A stretch of DNA of 36,327 bases, from assembly GCA_020184695.1 (NCBI GenBank), contig JAANOX010000044.1, forward strand, positions 1 to 36,327, written 5' to 3'. Origin of the DNA: Histomonas meleagridis 2922-C6/04-290x. Taxonomy: Eukaryota > Protista > Parabasalia. Positions 31,856 to 36,327 of the stretch are shown here, in pieces (the first letter of the stretch is position 1; the number at the start of each line of letters is the position of its first letter). A model generated the notes under the pieces. That model had not been told where the DNA came from and made no database searches. It saw only the letters and a program-made list of their open reading frames with translations. A program made the translations under genes and the position numbers.

Positions 31856-32138
31856 ATGGTCAAGGTAACATACAAATTTAAGGAAAAGTATATATATTTG
31901 ATCATTTTTTTGTAGAGATACAATTGTCAACACATTGGTTGTCCAAAAAACAAAAAAAAAATTATGTTTTAAATATAAGAGTAAATCGAAATTTTAAATA
32001 TATTTTTGAAAAATTGAAAATGAATATACAGTTTACAAATTTAAGTTATTATTTTTTTAACGACAATTTTTGCAATAATTAGTGCTGAGTATCGATAAAT
32101 ATAGGTAATCACCGTTAAATCAGGTAGGTATATAATGC

Positions 32139-32215
32139 GGTCGGGAATGATCACGAGGTCCCTAGGGGCCCCGCCCCCGGCGGGGCCCCTAGGGACCTCG
32201 TGATCATTCCCGACC
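32139..32215. repeat. Perfect 37-bp GC-rich inverted repeat with 3-nt loop
   Basis: ggtcgggaatgatcacgaggtccctaggggccccgcc (32139-32175), then ccc, then the exact reverse complement (32179-32215). Confidence 0.98.
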
Positions 32216-32224
32216 TTTACTTTT

Positions 32225-32311
32225 CACTGGGGGGATTGAAGGGGTCTTCGACCCCCGGAGGTGCCCTTCGGACCCCTCCGGAGGTCTCAGACCCCTTCAA
32301 TCCCCCGAGTG
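32225..32311. repeat. Second GC-rich hairpin with alternative branched folds
   Basis: gggggattgaaggggtct (32230-32247) pairs with agaccccttcaatccccc (32289-32306). Inner stem ccggagg (32255-61)/cctccgg (32275-81). cact/agtg at the base. Confidence 0.92.
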
Positions 32312-32342
32312 TGCTCGCTCCGTTCGCAACAAAAAAATCAAA

Positions 32343-32739
32343 ATGATTTTTTTGTGAGCCATACAATTCGATAGAAAATTTGAATGAGCATTCAATTTTT
32401 GAGAGAACGCGAAACTTTTTTCATAGGGACGATAGCACTTTTTATGCCGTTTTCCGCCTGAATTTGTCGATTCTCAAAATCCTAGATATATTGTAGTACA
32501 GCAATGTAAGTGTAAATTTAAGGATTATTTAGTATCTGATGTTTCAATGCATGCTGATTTTATTGAACGTGACCATTATGAAGATTATTTTTGTATTTAT
32601 ACAAATGAAAACAGGACTAAATATAAGAAATATGAATATAAAAGTAGAAAACCAAATTTTAAAATATGGTTTAAAGAAATGAATGGTAAAAGAAATTGAT
32701 CCAGAATATTTTATGTTAGAATTATTATTAATTTATTAA
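32343..32739 (+). pseudogene. Frameshifted small ORF of the viral-like element
   Basis: Open frame 32436-32699 (FPPEFVDSQNPRYIVVQQCKCKFKDYLVSDVSMHADFIERDHYEDYFCIYTNENRTKYKKYEYKSRKPNFKIWFKEMNGK), then a +1 shift to EIDPEYFMLELLLIY*. The 5' end is uncertain. Confidence 0.55.
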
Positions 32740-32759
32740 ATAAAAATCATTTTTTATCA

Positions 32760-34745
32760 ATGTTTAGTATTGAGAATGCTACGAAAGGTATAAAAACTAA
32801 TGTTGTTGCTGCTCCTGAAATTATTGATAAAGATGACTTACAAGAAGTTTTAGAAAATTATCCTACAAATGATCAAATAACAGAAAAACTTAATACTATA
32901 ACTTCGATTACATTACCTCAATTATATTATAATAAATCGCAATCAGATGAAAAATATTCAACAAAAAGTCATACTCATAATACAATAAATAATGATTTAA
33001 CAGTAAATGGGAATGTACAAGTTAATTCATTAAATGGTTTTCAATTAACAACTGCAGAAGGTGGTAAATGGGATACAAAATTATATGTGCCATCTATTAT
33101 TACATTAAAAGAAGATGGTGTTGTAGAAGTTGGACAATATATTGATATGCATAATAAGGCAGATTATGATAAAGATAATACATGGAGAATAACTGCTAAT
33201 ACTAATTCATTAGATTTTAAAAAAAAAAAACTGGTTCATTATTAAGTTTTGGAAATAATGGAAATATTCAATGTGCAACTATTAATAATTTAGATACAAC
33301 TAAGATATCTTTAAATGATCATAATCATGATGAGATTTATGCTAAAAAAGATCATGAACATACAAACTATGCTTCAACAGAACATACTCATAGTTATAAC
33401 GATTTAAATGATAAACCTGAAACATTTCCACCTACAGTTCATACTCATAGTTATAATGATTTAAATGATAAACCTGAAACATTCCCACCTTCAGAACATA
33501 CGCATAGTTATAATGATTTATCTGATAAACCTGAATCATTTCCACCATCAGTACATACACATACGGAGTATGCTCTGAAAGATCATAATCATGATACAAA
33601 ATATGCTGCTACAAATCATACACATAGTTATAATGAATTAACAGATATTCCTACAGTATCAAATCCAGAAAATATCACATGTTCAACAATTAATGGTTTT
33701 GCTTTAAATTCTTCTCCTTCATATTCGAATGTAGATATTAGTGTTCCTTCAATTGCAGTTATTAAAAACGATGGTGTTTTAGAAACAGGTCCTTATATAG
33801 ATATGCATACTAGTGATGGATATGAAAATGATTATAGTTTCAGAATACAATGTACAGGGAATGTTATGGAATTTAAACCAACACTAAAAGGTTGCAATGG
33901 TTTTTATTACACAGCAGCTTTTGATGCATTAGGTTGTACTAAATTAAATTGCTCTCAAATTATGTACTCTGTAAAAACTAATGGTATTGATAATACAGGA
34001 AATATAAAATCCGGTACTGGTCAATTCACTAGTTTAGAATCTACTAAATTAACTTTATTTCACAGTATAATTGAAGAATCAGGTAATACATATCAATTAT
34101 TATGGAGAATTTATGGATGTACACCTACTGAAGATAAAAATATGGAAGATTATATTTTTGAATCTGTAACACAAAAAGAAACAAGATAATGATACATTTT
34201 TCTGATATCTATAGTGCAATATATTATATTGCAACTACATTTAATACATTTGAAGGAACTGGAGGTTTAGCACAAATAAATACAACTATTACTCATAATG
34301 CACCTGTTGAAGAAGACTTAACACAATTTCAAATTGGTTCACCTGTATTTTTAACAGGTAATGTTTATGCTCTAACCAATGAAGGTAAATATGCTACGAA
34401 TACTTCATCAACTGATTGTATTCCATCAGTTAAAACATCAGGTACTTATAAAGAATATTTAGGGATATGTGTAGCTAAACATGGAACTGGATATAAAGCT
34501 TCAATAGGTGATGTTATTAAAAGAGAAATCGAAATTTTTACAAGATACTATTGATTTTTGCAACACATGGAGATTTTTATTTTAGAGTAAATAATACTGC
34601 AGATTATGAAATTGGTGATGTAGTATTATTTGATGGTAATAAATTATCAGATGATTTAGTAATAACTACTACAATATTAAATTCAATAGTTGGTAAAGTA
34701 ACAGGTAAAATAGATGAACATTTATTAAGTATATTTAAAGAATAA
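32760..34745 (+). CDS. Tail-fibre-like protein, ~660 aa if joined, split into four frames by three -1 shifts
   Basis: Track ORFs 32760, 33803, 34189 and 34551 plus the stop-free frame 33221-33802 missed by the track. Nine HxH motifs, HTHSYNDLNDKPETFPP repeats and two PSI....DG..E.G.YIDMH...D...RI modules. Confidence 0.65.
33383..33562 (+). repeat. 57-bp coding tandem repeat, 3 full copies plus a partial
   Basis: Units start at 33383, 33440, 33497 and 33554. They encode HTHSYNDL(N/S)DKPE(T/S)FPP(T/S)(V/E). Confidence 0.95.
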
Positions 34746-34777
34746 AAAATATTTTATTTCATTTTTATTTTTTTAGA

Positions 34778-35476
34778 ATGGAAGAACGTGAACCAAAAAA
34801 AGAACCTAGCATCAATAAATCTCCATTAGATGAAGTACGACGATTAGCTCTACTTAATGATAAAGGACCTGAAAAACAGCCTTCTTTTTACGAATTTTTA
34901 ATGCAAAATTTAAAATTGATTTTTCGTAATCTGAAATTTGATTTATCATTAAATAATTTTTTAAAACTAATGGATGAAGCAACAAAATCTGTTAGAAATG
35001 GGGTTCCAATATCACCCACATATAGAATTCAATTTAAGTCTATGAAAGAATATTATCAAATCATTATTAATAGTTTTATTATAAATTTTTTTAAAAAAAC
35101 CCAAATTAATACAAATTTAGATTTTGATGAATTTAAGAAATTAATTAATGATATTATTAAAAAATATAATATAGATTATATTGATGGTCATATAGGTTTA
35201 TATCCATTAAATGATTATTATAACTATTATAAATCTATTATTCTAAAATATACACCTTTAAGAAAATTACTTCATAAAATATTTGCAAAAGAAGTAGAAA
35301 ATGATTTTAAAAATGGGAAACCTAAAACTATACAAGAATTTATTAATTTCTTAATTACAAAATTAACTAACTCAAATATAACAGAAAATATTCCATTAGA
35401 TTATGCACACACACACACACAGCGCTATGTGAGCTTCGTGCTACGCACTCGCTCCCACTCGCGCTACATAAACTAA
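34778..35476 (+). CDS. Hypothetical protein of the viral-like element; the C-terminus probably reads into non-coding junction sequence
   Basis: 232-aa ATG ORF with TCATTT at 34759. The last ~25 codons come from the (CA)8 microsatellite (35406-35421) and a GC-rich patch. Confidence 0.6.
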   Translation: MEEREPKKEPSINKSPLDEVRRLALLNDKGPEKQPSFYEFLMQNLKLIFRNLKFDLSLNNFLKLMDEATKSVRNGVPISPTYRIQFKSMKEYYQIIINSFIINFFKKTQINTNLDFDEFKKLINDIIKKYNIDYIDGHIGLYPLNDYYNYYKSIILKYTPLRKLLHKIFAKEVENDFKNGKPKTIQEFINFLITKLTNSNITENIPLDYAHTHTQRYVSFVLRTRSHSRYIN

Positions 35477-35603
35477 AGGATGAACGGCTAAAATCGATTG
35501 AATTATCATAAATCGGTTGGTTTTGATTGAAAGTAATAAAATATATTTAAATTCATGATGACATTTATATTTAAAATGTGTGAGGCATGAATCCGGCTGA
35601 GTT

Positions 35604-35664
35604 GTTGTTAATACTATGTGGATTTTAGTGTTTTGTTGTTAATCCTATGTAGATTTTAGTGTTT
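35604..35664. repeat. ~31-bp direct repeat x2
   Basis: gttgttaat(a/c)ctatgt(g/a)gattttagtgttt at 35604-35633 and 35635-35664. Confidence 0.85.
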
Positions 35665-35671
35665 GGAGCTT

Positions 35672-36180
35672 AAAGTTGTTATTAACTGAGGTTTTGAATG
35701 TAAATAGTATCATTAAAATTTTGAGGGTTAACTTTAACCTTTTTTTTAACCCTTTTTTTAACCCTTTACGAAACGGAGAAAATGAGCATTTTTTGAATGA
35801 TTTAACGCAAAAGTTGAAAGTTGATATATCGGTAAGAATTTGACGTTAATTCTATGTCGAAAGTTGTTATTAACTGAGGTTTTGAATGTAAATAGTATCA
35901 TTAAAATTTTGAGGGTTAACTTTAACCTTTTTAACCCTTTTTTTAACCCTTTACGAATCGGAGAAAATGAGCATTTTCTGAATGATTTAACGCAAAAGTT
36001 GAAAGTTGATATATCGGTAAGAATTTGACGTTAATTCTATGTCGAAAGTTGTTATTAACTGAGGTTTTGAACGTAAAAAGTATCATTAAAATTTTGAGGG
36101 TTAACTTTAACCTTTTTTTTAACCCTTTTTTTAACCCTTTACGAATCGGAGAAAATGAGCATTTTTTGAATGATTTAACG
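35672..36180. repeat. ~186-bp tandem repeat, about 2.7 near-identical copies
   Basis: Units start at 35672 (188 bp), 35860 (185 bp) and 36045 (partial, to ~36180). They differ mainly in T-run lengths. Track ORFs 35840 and 36025 are by-products. Confidence 0.95.
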
Positions 36181-36327
36181 CTGAAATTGCATGTTTACAG
36201 GAGCTACTGTAAGGTTAAAAAAAAGGTTAACTTTTAGGTTAACTTTAACCTTTAATTTTTTATATATGTTTTTCTGATTTTTGTGTCACTTTTTGTGTAA
36301 AGGTCGTTGGTTCGAGATACAGCGACA

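Larger units (their letters stand above)
32139..35470 (+). mobile_element. Putative endogenous DNA-virus / Maverick(Polinton)-like fragment
   Basis: Abrupt GC hairpins, then tightly packed co-oriented ORFs unlike the host genes, including a fibre-like HxH-repeat protein. No integrase, pPolB, packaging ATPase or major capsid gene is seen, so the class is inferred. Confidence 0.55.

Noticed and set aside
32760-35476. Bacteriophage or bacterial contamination
   Set aside because: The region is contiguous with parabasalid-type ankyrin genes, has similar AT content and Inr-like motifs, and shows no Shine-Dalgarno sites. A chimeric join cannot be excluded without reads.
35672-36327. Telomere or telomeric tract
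   Set aside because: TAACCC occurs as isolated hexamers within a long unit, not as a pure array. The C-rich strand is mostly on +, which is the wrong orientation for a right-hand chromosome end.
36299-36327. tRNA 3' half or Pol III B-box (aggtcgttggttcgagatac)
   Set aside because: The T-stem does not pair (gttgg versus tacag), no D-arm or acceptor stem is visible upstream, and the window ends here.

Overview
Very AT-rich eukaryotic DNA, most likely from a parabasalid protist (Trichomonas/Tritrichomonas-like). This is an inference from the BspA-type LRR gene, three DUF3447-like ankyrin genes, TCA(C/T)TT initiator motifs just before ATGs, compact housekeeping genes with no GT-AG introns seen, and an intact mariner. 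Recognisable genes: EF-hand NCS/calcineurin-B-like, GYF_2 protein, ENY2/Sus1, BLOC1S1, TM9SF/EMP70, a C2-TerD fusion, a CAP-domain surface protein, a small GIGYF-like protein, a Rab GTPase and INO1. BspA and TBC/RabGAP pseudogenes are also present. Two features stand out. (1) In all three ankyrin loci, stop-free ~90-nt ankyrin-coding blocks with synonymous variation alternate with AT-rich spacers. These are exactly 80 nt in 11 of 17 cases, break the frame or contain stops, and lack usable GT-AG ends, suggesting non-canonical introns or recoding. (2) From about 32139 there is a virus-like element: two GC-rich hairpins, a degenerate small ORF, a ~660-aa HxH-repeat tail-fibre-like gene split by three -1 shifts, an orphan ORF and a ~186-bp tandem repeat. 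All calls come from reading the sequence by eye; no database searches were run.
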